Of a stretch of 64,000 bases of DNA, positions 17,889 through 27,598 are shown piece after piece. The translations under genes and the position numbers were made by a program. Below the pieces are notes generated by a model that ran no database searches, was not told the origin of the DNA, and worked only from the letters and a program-made list of their open reading frames with translations. Origin of the DNA: an uncultured Actinomycetota bacterium (GTDB taxonomy: Bacteria > Actinomycetota > Actinomycetes > Mycobacteriales > Jatrophihabitantaceae); NCBI GenBank assembly GCA_963718805.1, contig CAVQZY010000001.1, positions 379,672 through 443,671 of the forward strand, read 5' to 3'. The stretch's first letter is position 1. Every line of letters begins with the position of its first letter.

Positions 17889-20800
17889 GTCATGGTCCAC
17901 GGCGCGATCGGATTGCCGATCCACTTCGATCCGGCCGGTACCGCCTCGCCGCGCATGACGAGCGAGGCCGGGCCGACGGTGGCGCCGGCGCCGATCGATG
18001 CGGCGGGCAAGACGATGCCGTGCGGCCCGAGCGTGGCGCCCGGTGCGAGCTCGACGGTGTCCATCCGCAATATCCGATCATGGAACAGGTGGGTTTGCAG
18101 CACGCACCCGCGGTTCACGGCCGCGCCGTCACCGAGCGTGATCAGATCGGCCTCGGGGAGCCAGTACGTCTCGCACCACACACCGCGCCCGATGCGCGCA
18201 CCGAGAGTGCGCAACCACAGGTTCAGTACCGACGTGCCCGATGCGGCACTCGCGAACCAGGGCGCCGCGACCATCTCGACGAAGGTGTCCATCACCTCGT
18301 TGCGCCACACGAACGAACTCCACAGCGGGTACTCGGTGACCCGGGTGCGCCCCACGAGCAGCCACTTCGCCACGGTGGCCACCCCGCCGGCCACCGCGCC
18401 GGCGGTGAGGAGGGCCAGGCCGCCCAACAGCCCCGCCGCCAGGAACGAGACCTCGCCGATGATCAGCTCCAGCGTGAGCAGCAATCCGACCCCGATGGCG
18501 ACCGTGCACATCGTCGGGACCAGCCGGCACGCCTCGACCGCGGCGCGGGCCACCTTCAGGTGCGTCGGTGGAGCGAACGTGCGGCTCTGGTCGGTGGTAT
18601 CGGCCGCGCGGCGCAGTTGCACGGGCGGGCTGCCGAGCCACGACGAGCCCTTCTTGGCCTTCTCCGGCGCAGCGGACAGCACCGCCACCAGGCTGTTCTT
18701 CGGCACCGCGCGACCCGGCGCCGCCATGCCGGAATTGCCGAGAAACGCGCGCTTCCCGATCCGCGCCGGAGAGATGTGCAGCCAGCCGCCGGCGAGTTCG
18801 TAGGAGGCAACCATGGTGTCGTCGGCGAGGAACGCGCCGTCGCCGACCGTCGTCATCTTCGGCAGCAGCAGGACCGTCGAGGCCTCGACGTCGCGGCCCA
18901 CCTTCGCGCCGAGCGCGCGCAGCCACACCGGTGTCAGCAGGCTGGAGTACATCGGGAAGAGCAGGGTGCGGGCGGCGTCCATGACCCGCTCGGTGCCCCA
19001 GGCCTGCCAGCCGATCCGGCTGCGCACCGGGTGGTAACCCTCGTGCAGCCCGATGCCCAACAGTCGCACGATGAGCGCCGTCAGTACTGCATACGTGACG
19101 AGCCAGGCGAGGGTGGCCAGCGGCACCGCGGCGAACGCGCCACCGGCAGCCGCCGCAAGCGAGCCCGCGTTCCGGACGAACGCATGGATGATGAAAAGCC
19201 CCGGGATCGCCGCCAGCAACGGCAATGCAGATAGCACCGCCGAGGTGATGCCGTACATCACCAACCACCCCACAGCGCGCGGCGGGCGGCGGTTCGGGCC
19301 CTCGTGCCGGGCCCGGCCGACCTTGGCCGCCGGCGCGCCGGCCCAACGCTCGCCGTCGGGGATCACGCCGGAGACCCACGAGCCCGGCGCCACCTGGGCG
19401 CTCGCCCCGATCTGCGCGCCCGGACCGAGCGTGCTGCGCGAGCCGACGGTCGCGCTGGCGCCGACGCGCACCGCGCCGACGCGCACCAGGTCGCCGTCGA
19501 CCCAGTAGCCGGACAGATCGACCTCTGGTTCCACGGAGCAGAACTTGCCGAGTGTCATCAAGCCGGTGATCGGCGGCAGCGTGTGCAGGTCGACGCCGCG
19601 GCCCACCTTGGCGCCCAATGCCCTTGCGTAGTAAGCGATCCACGGCGCGCCAGCGAGGTTGGCCGCGCCCACCGCCTCGGCCAGCCGCTCCGCCGACCAG
19701 ATACGCAGATGGACGCTGCCGCCCCGCGGATACGTGCCCGGTCGCAGCCCGCGCAGCAGCAACCGGGCACCGGCGACCGATATCGCCATCCGGCCGAGCG
19801 GGCTCATGAACAGCACGAAGCCGACCAGCACCCACCACCACGAAAGCGTCGGCGCCCATGAATGCTCGCCGGACCAGCTGAGCAGGTTGTTCAGCGTCGC
19901 GAGCACGGTGAGCCAGCGCAGCCCGGCCAGTGTATTCACCACCGCCGTCACCGCGATCTGCACCGTCTGCGAGGTCACCGGAGTCGGGCGCACCGTGCGG
20001 GTCTCGACGACGGCCGACGTCGACGCGGCATCAAGCAACTCGGCGAGATCTCCGAGCCGCGGGTGCTGGTACAGGTCCGCAACGGTCGCCCGCGGAAAGC
20101 GGGTGCGTAACACCGACACCAGCTGCGCGGCCGACAGACTGCCGCCGCCGTGGGCGAAGAAGTCGTCGTCCGGGCCGGTCACCGCCGCGCCGAGAATCTC
20201 CGCCCAGTGCGTGGCGAGCCAGCCGGCGGTACCGGTGAGGTTGTGTGCCGGCGCGCCCTGGACCGAAGGCAGGGGCCACGGCAACGCATCCCGGTCGACC
20301 TTGCCGGACGTGCGCGTCGGCAGGGTGTCCACGACCGCCAGGGTGGGGACCAGAGCCGCGGGCAGCACTTCGCGCAGGTGCGCCACCGCGGCGTTCTGGT
20401 CGAACTGCGGTCCGGCAACCAGGTAGCCGACCAGGATCTGGTTCCCTGCTTTCGTTTTCCGAACTGCGGCAGCCGCTCCCGCGACGCTTGGCAACGCCTG
20501 GAGTGCGGCGTCGACCTCGCCGAGCTCGATCCGGCGCCCGCCGAGCTTGACCTGCTCGTCGGCGCGGCCGATGAACAGCAGCCCGGCCGGGTCGAAGCGC
20601 ACCAGGTCGCCGCTGCGATATGCCCGCGCCCAGCCGAGCTCGGGCATCGGCGCGAACTTCTCCGCGTCCTTCGCCGGATCGAGGTAGCGCGCCAGGCCCA
20701 CGCCGCCGATGATCAGTTCACCGATCTCGCCGACGTCCACCGGCTGCCGGTCCTTGTCGACGACCGCCAGTTCCCAACCGTCGAGCGGCAGCCCGATTCG

Positions 20801-21760
20801 CACCGGTCCGTCGTCGGTCAACGGCGCGGCGCAGGCGACGACCGTGGCCTCGGTAGGGCCGTAGGTGTTCCACACCTCGCGACCGTCCTCCACCAGCCGT
20901 TCGGCCAACTCCGGCGGGCACGCCTCACCACCGAAGATCAACAGTCGGACACCGTCGAGGCAGTCGTGCGGCCACAGCGCGGCCAGGGTCGGCACCGTGG
21001 ACACCACGGTGATCCGCTGATCCACCAGCCACGGGCCGAGGTCGACCCCGCTGCGCACCAGCGAGCGGGGCGCCGGCACCAGGCAACCGCCATGGCGCCA
21101 CGCCAGCCACATCTCCTCGCACGACGCGTCGAAGGCCACCGAGAGGCCGGCCAACACCCGGTCACCCGGCCGGATCGGCTGCTGCACCAGGAACAGCTGT
21201 GCTTCGGCGTCGACGAATGCGGCCGCGCTGCGGTGGCTGACGGCCACCCCCTTCGGCGTGCCGGTGGACCCCGACGTGAAGATGATCCAGGCGTCGTCGA
21301 GGAGCTGCGGTCGTTCGCGGGGTGCGCTGGTCGCGTCCGGAAGTGTGTTGTCGAGATCGAGGACCAATCGGGCCCCGGCTTCGCCGAACACCAGCCGGGC
21401 ACGCTCGTCCGGATCGTCCGCATCGACCGGTACGTAGGCCGCGCCGGCGGCCAATACCCCGAGGATCGCGACGTACAGCCCACAGGTCCCCGACGGCAGC
21501 CGCACGCCGAGGCGATCGCCGCGGCGCACCCCGGCGGCTGCCAATCGATCGGCGAGGGCCTCGGCCGCGCTCGCCAGCTCGCGGTAGGTCATCGAGTTCT
21601 TGCCGTCGTCGACGGCGGGCGCGTCGGGGTGGGCCGCGACGGTCGCCGAGAAGACGTCGAGCAACGTGCGGGCCGGGGGAGCGTCGTTCGGGTCGCCGAG
21701 CACCCGCGGCCGCCCGGTGAGCTGCGCCGCGGTGGCAGACCCATCGATCACACGCGTCAT
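17885..21760 (-). CDS. Pls/PosA-family single-module membrane NRPS-like homopolyamide synthetase
   Basis: A domain (IFTSGSTGTPKG, NTYGPTE, YRSGD, QVKLGGRRIELGE), T domain DFFAHGGGSL, then TM pairs alternating with three repeated RALGAKVG/IG-type domains. Confidence 0.9.
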   Translation of the reverse strand: MTRVIDGSATAAQLTGRPRVLGDPNDAPPARTLLDVFSATVAAHPDAPAVDDGKNSMTYRELASAAEALADRLAAAGVRRGDRLGVRLPSGTCGLYVAILGVLAAGAAYVPVDADDPDERARLVFGEAGARLVLDLDNTLPDATSAPRERPQLLDDAWIIFTSGSTGTPKGVAVSHRSAAAFVDAEAQLFLVQQPIRPGDRVLAGLSVAFDASCEEMWLAWRHGGCLVPAPRSLVRSGVDLGPWLVDQRITVVSTVPTLAALWPHDCLDGVRLLIFGGEACPPELAERLVEDGREVWNTYGPTEATVVACAAPLTDDGPVRIGLPLDGWELAVVDKDRQPVDVGEIGELIIGGVGLARYLDPAKDAEKFAPMPELGWARAYRSGDLVRFDPAGLLFIGRADEQVKLGGRRIELGEVDAALQALPSVAGAAAAVRKTKAGNQILVGYLVAGPQFDQNAAVAHLREVLPAALVPTLAVVDTLPTRTSGKVDRDALPWPLPSVQGAPAHNLTGTAGWLATHWAEILGAAVTGPDDDFFAHGGGSLSAAQLVSVLRTRFPRATVADLYQHPRLGDLAELLDAASTSAVVETRTVRPTPVTSQTVQIAVTAVVNTLAGLRWLTVLATLNNLLSWSGEHSWAPTLSWWWVLVGFVLFMSPLGRMAISVAGARLLLRGLRPGTYPRGGSVHLRIWSAERLAEAVGAANLAGAPWIAYYARALGAKVGRGVDLHTLPPITGLMTLGKFCSVEPEVDLSGYWVDGDLVRVGAVRVGASATVGSRSTLGPGAQIGASAQVAPGSWVSGVIPDGERWAGAPAAKVGRARHEGPNRRPPRAVGWLVMYGITSAVLSALPLLAAIPGLFIIHAFVRNAGSLAAAAGGAFAAVPLATLAWLVTYAVLTALIVRLLGIGLHEGYHPVRSRIGWQAWGTERVMDAARTLLFPMYSSLLTPVWLRALGAKVGRDVEASTVLLLPKMTTVGDGAFLADDTMVASYELAGGWLHISPARIGKRAFLGNSGMAAPGRAVPKNSLVAVLSAAPEKAKKGSSWLGSPPVQLRRAADTTDQSRTFAPPTHLKVARAAVEACRLVPTMCTVAIGVGLLLTLELIIGEVSFLAAGLLGGLALLTAGAVAGGVATVAKWLLVGRTRVTEYPLWSSFVWRNEVMDTFVEMVAAPWFASAASGTSVLNLWLRTLGARIGRGVWCETYWLPEADLITLGDGAAVNRGCVLQTHLFHDRILRMDTVELAPGATLGPHGIVLPAASIGAGATVGPASLVMRGEAVPAGSKWIGNPIAPWTMT

Positions 21761-21826
21761 CCTCGCAGCCAGGCACGGCCTGCGGTGCGCACCCATCTCG
21801 CTTTCTTCGGCATCCATGACCGAACC

Positions 21827-22231
21827 GTGCTCGGCAAGACCTACGAGGCGGAGATCTGCTCGATCTCGCGGGCGCTCGAGCGGGTCGGCGAGCGCTGGAG
21901 CCTGCTGATCATCCGCGATGCCGCGTTCGCCGGAATGACCCGCTACAGCGATTTCCAGCGTTCCCTCGGCACCGCGACGAACGTCTTGCAGGACCGGCTC
22001 GACGGCTTCCTCGCGGCCGGGATGACGGGTCGGCAGCCGGTGCCCGGGCCGCCCGACCGGCACGAGTACGTGCTCACCGAGATGGGCCGTGACCTGACGG
22101 GCACGCTCGTCGCGCTCACCGAGTGGGGGACAGGTGGGCGGCACTCGACGGTCCGCCGATCAGCTACACACGCCACCTGCGGAGCCGATGTCGGAACGCA
22201 ACTGGTGTGCGCGCCGCGCCCCCGGGGTTGA
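21827..22231 (+). CDS. HxlR-family winged-helix regulator (frameshifted near 22130)
   Basis: CSISRALERVGERWSLLIIRDA and HEYVLTEMGRDL. The continuation GDRWAALDGPP is in another frame. Confidence 0.75.
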   Translation: MLGKTYEAEICSISRALERVGERWSLLIIRDAAFAGMTRYSDFQRSLGTATNVLQDRLDGFLAAGMTGRQPVPGPPDRHEYVLTEMGRDLTGTLVALTEWGTGGRHSTVRRSATHATCGADVGTQLVCAPRPRG

Positions 22232-22237
22232 TCGACG

Positions 22238-23314
22238 TCAGTAGTGATGTCGCGCCAGGTGTAGCCCGCCTCGGCCGTCGTCGCCGGTTCCGGTGCGCAG
22301 TGCGGGCACCATCTCGCTGGTCACCAGCCCGGCGCCGCGGGTCAACTCGTCGAGGATCTCGAACCACCCCGCCGTGCGGTCCGGGGTGTCGATCGCGATC
22401 GTCACGGTCGGCACGTGCCGACCGAGCTGCCAGGTTCGATCGCCGTGCGGTGCGCCGACACCGTGGTACCCCCAGATGCCGCGCAGCGAGGTCGCACCCG
22501 CGGCGCCGGCGCTGCGCAGCTCGCGGGTGATCGCGCGGTGGACCGGCTGGCCGTGCCACCGCTGCGACTCCGACGTGTAGATCATCAACTTCTGCCACAA
22601 GTTCAAGCCGTGCTCGTCGGTGCCGGGCAGCGCATGTGGGGTGGACAGCAGCTGTCCGTCGCGTTTGCACACCTGGACGCGTTCGAGCGTCACCAGCGGA
22701 TTCCGCAAGAGGTCACTGAGTTCCGGCACCATCCGGGTGACGCGGTCGGACGCGCCGACGGCGACCACCGTGGTCGGCACCGCGCCGTTGCCGCCGAAGA
22801 AGCGGGCGCGTTCGCGGGTCCCGCGCGCCGTGCCGTCGACGCCGAGGAACGTGCTGGCTCCGGAGATGTCATGCCGTCGCAGCAACTCGCACACCGCGGC
22901 GTAGGCCGGTGCGCCGTCGGCCTTCGCGTGACGGCCGAGGTAGACGGTGAGCTTGGTCTCCGCGCCCAGTGCTGCGGGCACGGAGATCGCGCGGTCGTCG
23001 TTGCCGAACAGCCGGGCGCGTTCGAGGGTCAGCAGCGCGCCCTCGCAGATGGCGGCCGCCTCGTCGACCAACGCCTCGATGCGCGGTCTGGTGTCAACCG
23101 CGATCGCAATTGCCGGGAGGTCCTCGGACAGCGTCAGCGAGCTGTCGGTGCGTAGGTGATGCTTGATTCCGAACCCTTCGACGCCGCGGAGCAGGATCGA
23201 CGTGCAGACCTCGTGACGGGCGAACAATTCGAGCAGTGCCTCGGCGACGAACCGGTGCCCGGTGCGTTTGCGTTCGCCGAAATAGACGCTCAGTTTCAGC
23301 GAGTCGTCGCTCAC
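22238..23314 (-). CDS. DUF190 (PII-like) protein with three tandem domains
   Basis: Three units: KLSVYFGE..RGVEGFG, KLTVYLG..GVDG and KLMIYTSE..RGIWGY. Confidence 0.8.
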   Translation of the reverse strand: MSDDSLKLSVYFGERKRTGHRFVAEALLELFARHEVCTSILLRGVEGFGIKHHLRTDSSLTLSEDLPAIAIAVDTRPRIEALVDEAAAICEGALLTLERARLFGNDDRAISVPAALGAETKLTVYLGRHAKADGAPAYAAVCELLRRHDISGASTFLGVDGTARGTRERARFFGGNGAVPTTVVAVGASDRVTRMVPELSDLLRNPLVTLERVQVCKRDGQLLSTPHALPGTDEHGLNLWQKLMIYTSESQRWHGQPVHRAITRELRSAGAAGATSLRGIWGYHGVGAPHGDRTWQLGRHVPTVTIAIDTPDRTAGWFEILDELTRGAGLVTSEMVPALRTGTGDDGRGGLHLARHHY

Positions 23315-23676
23315 AGGTGCACCCCCAGCCATCTCCCCAGGGCGGCGGCAGCCACCCCGAGCACCAGGCTCGCCACGATGTTGACGATCGCCGGCGGGTA
23401 CTGGCGCTCCTCGGTCAGGCGCTGCGTCTCGAACATCCAGGTCGAGAACGTGGTGTAGGAACCCACCGCCGCGGTACCGGCCAGCAGCGCCGCCTCGGCG
23501 GAGAGCGCGAGCCCGGTCAGCAGTCCGAGCACCACCGCGCCGGACAGGTTCACGACCAGGGTGCCGTACGGGAAGTTGCGGCCCAACCGCGCGCCGACGG
23601 CGCCGTCGACCACTAGCCGGGTCACCGAGCCGGCACCGCCGATGACCATGACGAGCGGCCAGATCCAGAAGCTCAT
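23311..23676 (-). CDS. crcB: Fluoride channel Fluc/CrcB
   Basis: [17 protein letters not shown] and GSYTTFST. Confidence 0.92.
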   Translation of the reverse strand: MSFWIWPLVMVIGGAGSVTRLVVDGAVGARLGRNFPYGTLVVNLSGAVVLGLLTGLALSAEAALLAGTAAVGSYTTFSTWMFETQRLTEERQYPPAIVNIVASLVLGVAAAALGRWLGVHL

Positions 23677-24104
23677 CGGCGTTTCCAGGTGCGGCGCACC
23701 GCTGCGGTGGACAGATGTACGGCGCCGTAGCCGGCCACGACCGACGCCGCGGCGTAGGCGCTGGCGAGGCCGTAAGCGTGCCGGTCGATCATCTTCAACA
23801 GCTCGACCTGCATCGTGGAGAACGTCGACAGCCCGCCGCAGATCCCGGTGCCGAGGAGCGGTCGGCGATAGCTCGACAGCGGCAGCCGCTCCTGCAAACG
23901 GGTCACGAAGTACCCGAGGAGGACCGCCGCGACAATGTTGACGACGAAGGTCGCCCATGGCCAGCCGTGCGGGCCGTGCGCCCAGGCGTGCGCGAGCGCG
24001 GCGCGCAGCAGCGTGCCGACGGCACCGCCGACGAAGACCGCACCCACCTCCCGCGCGTCGAGACGCGGTAGCAGCCGCGAACGCGGGGGGCGCACCGCGA
24101 CCAT
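23673..24104 (-). CDS. crcB: Fluoride channel Fluc/CrcB
   Basis: [18 protein letters not shown] and [11 protein letters not shown]. Confidence 0.92.
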   Translation of the reverse strand: MVAVRPPRSRLLPRLDAREVGAVFVGGAVGTLLRAALAHAWAHGPHGWPWATFVVNIVAAVLLGYFVTRLQERLPLSSYRRPLLGTGICGGLSTFSTMQVELLKMIDRHAYGLASAYAAASVVAGYGAVHLSTAAVRRTWKRR

Positions 24105-24140
24105 CGGCCCGACCTCCTTCCGCGGACAGCAAAGAACGCC

Positions 24141-24192
24141 GCAGAAGCCATCAGCCGGACGATCGGCGGTTCGGGAGGCGGACCTCCACACC
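24141..24192 (-). ncRNA. Fluoride riboswitch (crcB motif)
   Basis: Minus strand GGTGTGGAGGTCCGCC-TCCCG-AACCGCC...GGCTGATGGCTTCTGC resembles the crcB aptamer and lies directly upstream of crcB. Confidence 0.85.
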
Positions 24193-24230
24193 AGGGCGTC
24201 ATCTGGTTTCGACCAGCCTAGGCTACGGCC

Positions 24231-25169
24231 GTGGCGCTCGGACCCCGCATGCCCGAACTCGCGGCGTTCGAGGTGCTCCTGTCCGTCGCCCGCACCGGCA
24301 GCCTGAACGCCACCGCGGCCGAGTTCGGCCTCACGCAGCAGGCGATCTCGGCACGGGTGTCCGCACTGGAGGCCCGTACCGGCGTCAAGTTGCTGGTGCG
24401 CAGCGTGCACGGCTCGACGCTGACCCCAGGCGGCGCCGTCGTCGTCGAATGGGCCGACCGGCTGCTGCAGGTCGCCGCCGAGGTCGACGCCGGCATCGCG
24501 GCGCTGCGCGAGGACCGCCGGCGCCGCCTGAGGATCAGCGCGAGCCTGACCGTCGCCGAGCAGTTGCTGCCCGGCTGGCTGGTCTCGCTGCGGCTGGCGG
24601 CGACCGCACACGGGACTACGCCACCGGACATCGTCCTCACCGCGACCAACAGTGACACGGTGCTCGAACACGTGCTGGGCGCGACGGCGGAGCTGGGATT
24701 CGTCGAAGGGCCGCGGCTGCCGCGCGCGGTGCGCAGCCGCGTAGTCGGGCACGACGTGTTGACGCTCGTGGTCGCGCCGGACCACCCGTGGGCACGGCGT
24801 GCCCGACCGGTACCGGCCGCGACACTGGCCGCGACTCCGCTCGTCGCTCGCGAGCCCGGATCGGGGACCCGCGACGCGTTGCGCAGCGCGCTCGTCGCCG
24901 CGCTCGGCGCCGACGCGGTGATCGCCGCGCCGGTGCTCGAGTTGTCCACCGCGGCCGGGGTCCGGCAGGCGGTGCGCGCCGGCGCCGGACCGGCGGTGCT
25001 GAGCGAACTGGCGGTCGCCGACGATGTGGCGGCCGGGCGGTTGCGGGCCGTCCCGATCGCCGAGGTAGATCTGCGCCGCACCCTTCGTGCGGTGTGGGTC
25101 GGCGCGCGCACCCCGCCGCCCGGAGCCGCGCGCGACCTGCTGGCGCACATCAACCACATACAAATCTGA
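24231..25169 (+). CDS. LysR-family transcriptional regulator
   Basis: N-terminal [24 protein letters not shown]; REPGSGTR. Confidence 0.92.
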   Translation: MALGPRMPELAAFEVLLSVARTGSLNATAAEFGLTQQAISARVSALEARTGVKLLVRSVHGSTLTPGGAVVVEWADRLLQVAAEVDAGIAALREDRRRRLRISASLTVAEQLLPGWLVSLRLAATAHGTTPPDIVLTATNSDTVLEHVLGATAELGFVEGPRLPRAVRSRVVGHDVLTLVVAPDHPWARRARPVPAATLAATPLVAREPGSGTRDALRSALVAALGADAVIAAPVLELSTAAGVRQAVRAGAGPAVLSELAVADDVAAGRLRAVPIAEVDLRRTLRAVWVGARTPPPGAARDLLAHINHIQI

Positions 25170-25176
25170 CTTGTAT
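25158..25176. promoter_or_regulatory. Putative LysR operator ATACAA-N7-TTGTAT upstream of TDT gene
   Basis: Perfect AT-rich inverted repeat overlapping the LysR stop. Confidence 0.6.
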
Positions 25177-25232
25177 CCTTACAACAACTGACCCCGTACC
25201 GGCCGCGGTGGTGCGGCGGCATCGTGGTGGTC

Positions 25233-26543
25233 ATGACCAGTAGGCCGTTCGCGGCGATCACGCCGAACTGGTATGCGGCGGTGATGGGTACCGGCATCGT
25301 GGCGGTGGCTGCCGCGGGGCTGCCGGCGCAAATACCCGGGCTGCGCACGTTCGCCGCTGTCATGTGGGCGTTCGCCTCGGTGTTGCTCGTGGTCGTGACC
25401 GTCGCGACGGTCATGCACTGGCGGTTGCATCCCGCAGCGGCGCGCGGCCATGCTCACGACCCCGTCATGGCGCACTTCTACGGTGCGCCGCCGATGGCGC
25501 TGCTCACCGTCGGCGCAGGCGCGTTGCTCGTGGGCCGCGACTGGATCGGACTGCAGGCAGCACTCGCTCTCGACCGGCTGCTCTGGATCGCCGGCACCGG
25601 GATCGGCCTGGCCACCGCGGTCGCCGTCCCGTACCTCGTCTTCACCACGTATCCGGTGCGCGAGGATGCCGCCTTCGGCGGCTGGCTGATGCCGGTCGTG
25701 CCCCCGATGGTGTCGGCCTCCACGGGCGCTCTGTTGCTTGCGCACACGCCGGCCGGCCAGCCTCGGCTCACACTGCTGGTGTGTTGCTACGCGATGTTCG
25801 GCCTGAGCCTGATCGCGTCGATGATGGTCATCGCGCAGATCTGGCAGCGGCTGACCAGATACCAGGTCGGTCCGGCACGGATGGTGCCGACGTTGTGGAT
25901 CGTGCTCGGCCCGCTCGGCCAGTCGATCACGGCCTCGAGCCTGCTGGGCGCCGGCGCGCATCTTGTCGTGCCGGCGCGCTACGCCACGGTGCTGCAGGCG
26001 GCGGGATTGTGCTACGGGCTCGCAGTGTGGGGTTTCGCAATGCTGTGGGTCGCACTGGCCGCGGCGATCACGATTCGCACCGCGAAGGAGCACCTGCCGT
26101 TCTCACTCACGTGGTGGTCGTTCACGTTTCCGGTCGGCACCGTGGTCACCGGCACCTCGGCGCTCGCCCTGCACACCGGCGCCGGCCTCTTCGAGGCCGC
26201 CGCGATCGTGTTGTTCGTCGGCCTGGTCGTGGCGTGGGCGATCGTCGCGGTGCGCACCGCCCATGGCGCGCTGGTGACCGGGCAGTTGCTGTTGCCGGCG
26301 CCGGCCCAGACGCTGAGCGGGCAACCCAGCGATCCAGTCGAGCGCGAGCTGGTTGAACTCGACCGGTCGTTTCTGATGCAGCCAGTGGCCCGCGCCTTGC
26401 CGGCCGATCGCGTCGCGCGCCAGGTAGCAGGTAGCCCCGGCAGGCTCAGATCCAGCACCCGCGGCCCGAGCGCTGACTTCCAGCGCGGGTGCGATATCGC
26501 CTCGAGGAGTACCTCGCCGACCCGGCGGTCGAGCCGGACCTGA
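25233..26543 (+). CDS. TDT/SLAC1-family anion transporter (C-terminal ~70 aa probably read-through into remnants)
   Basis: PNWYAAVMGTG, GGWLMPVVPP and WWSFTFPVG; about 10 TM segments. Confidence 0.85.
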   Translation: MTSRPFAAITPNWYAAVMGTGIVAVAAAGLPAQIPGLRTFAAVMWAFASVLLVVVTVATVMHWRLHPAAARGHAHDPVMAHFYGAPPMALLTVGAGALLVGRDWIGLQAALALDRLLWIAGTGIGLATAVAVPYLVFTTYPVREDAAFGGWLMPVVPPMVSASTGALLLAHTPAGQPRLTLLVCCYAMFGLSLIASMMVIAQIWQRLTRYQVGPARMVPTLWIVLGPLGQSITASSLLGAGAHLVVPARYATVLQAAGLCYGLAVWGFAMLWVALAAAITIRTAKEHLPFSLTWWSFTFPVGTVVTGTSALALHTGAGLFEAAAIVLFVGLVVAWAIVAVRTAHGALVTGQLLLPAPAQTLSGQPSDPVERELVELDRSFLMQPVARALPADRVARQVAGSPGRLRSSTRGPSADFQRGCDIASRSTSPTRRSSRT

Positions 26544-26566
26544 GAAGCGTCAGACGCGGCCGGCCG

Positions 26567-27586
26567 TCAAGCGCTCGTCGCGCCCACTTCGCTGCGCGCC
26601 ACCGGGCGGCGCAGCGCGAGCGACAGCGCGCACGCCTCGGCGAGCCAGCTCGCCTCCAGCCCGTCGGCGAGCGAGCAGGGCGACGGTGCGCCGCCGACAA
26701 CGTCCAGAAATGCGCTCAGCTCGGCATGGAACGCCGTGGTGAACCGGTCCATGAAGAACTGGTGCGGCGCGCGGTCAGGGAAGGTGACACCCGCTTCCGT
26801 GGAACGCAGCGGCAGCGAAGGGTCCAATCCCGCCGCCACCGAGTCGAGCGAGCCGTGCAGCTCGAGGCGCACGTCGTAGCCGCGGCCGTTATAGCGGGTG
26901 TCGGAGATGACGCCGAGCGTGCCGTTGTCGAACGTCAGCACGATGGTGGCGGTGTCGACGTCGCCGATCTCGGCGAAGAACGGGTCACCCGCGGCGGTGC
27001 CCGTGGCATACACCTCGACCACCTCGTGCCCGGTCACCCAGCGCACCGCGTCGAGGTCGTGGATCGCGCAGTCGCGGAAGATGCCTCCCGAGTTCGCCAG
27101 GTACGCGTTGGGCGGCGGGGCGGGATCGAGCGTGGTCGAACGCACGGTGGTGAGCCGGCCGAGCACGCCGGCGTCAACCTCCTCTTTCGCTTTCCGGAAT
27201 GCAGGGTCGAAACGGCGCGGGAACCCGATCTGCACCGGCACTCCGGTTTCGGCCGCCAACGGCACCAGGTGCGCGGCCGACCCCGGGTCGGCGGCGACCG
27301 GCTTCTCGCAGAACACCGGCACTCCGGCGCGCAGGGCCGCCTCGATCAGCTCCACGTGGGTCATCGTCGGCGCGGCCACCACCACGCCGTCGACGTCGCC
27401 GGCGAACACCTCCGCCGCCGTCCCGGCGGCCTTGGCCACCACGCGGTGCTGGAGTCGGGCGGCAACCGTGTCGGCCACGCCGGCAACGGCGTCGGTAAGC
27501 AACAGTTCGTGGACGCGGTCCAGTCCGGCGAGCGTCTCCGCGTGGAAGGCCCCGATCCGGCCCAGCCCGATCACTCCCAGTCGCAC
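26567..27586 (-). CDS. Gfo/Idh/MocA oxidoreductase, inositol 2-dehydrogenase-like
   Basis: GLGRIG, CEKP, GFPRRFDP, SGGIFRDCAIHD and GYDVRLE. Confidence 0.88.
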   Translation of the reverse strand: MRLGVIGLGRIGAFHAETLAGLDRVHELLLTDAVAGVADTVAARLQHRVVAKAAGTAAEVFAGDVDGVVVAAPTMTHVELIEAALRAGVPVFCEKPVAADPGSAAHLVPLAAETGVPVQIGFPRRFDPAFRKAKEEVDAGVLGRLTTVRSTTLDPAPPPNAYLANSGGIFRDCAIHDLDAVRWVTGHEVVEVYATGTAAGDPFFAEIGDVDTATIVLTFDNGTLGVISDTRYNGRGYDVRLELHGSLDSVAAGLDPSLPLRSTEAGVTFPDRAPHQFFMDRFTTAFHAELSAFLDVVGGAPSPCSLADGLEASWLAEACALSLALRRPVARSEVGATSA

Positions 27587-27598
27587 TGCCGTCTCCGC

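Noticed and set aside
16638-21826. Long plus-strand ORFs of 721, 456 and 693 aa
   Set aside because: Antisense to the NRPS and peptidase; only the last ~135 aa of the 693-aa ORF (HxlR) looks real.
23673-25163. 496-aa apparent fusion ending in CrcB
   Set aside because: The upstream part is antisense to LysR and crosses the riboswitch; the true start is near 24104.
26330-26543. TDT C-terminal extension as a novel domain
   Set aside because: Looks like read-through across unrelated gene remnants.
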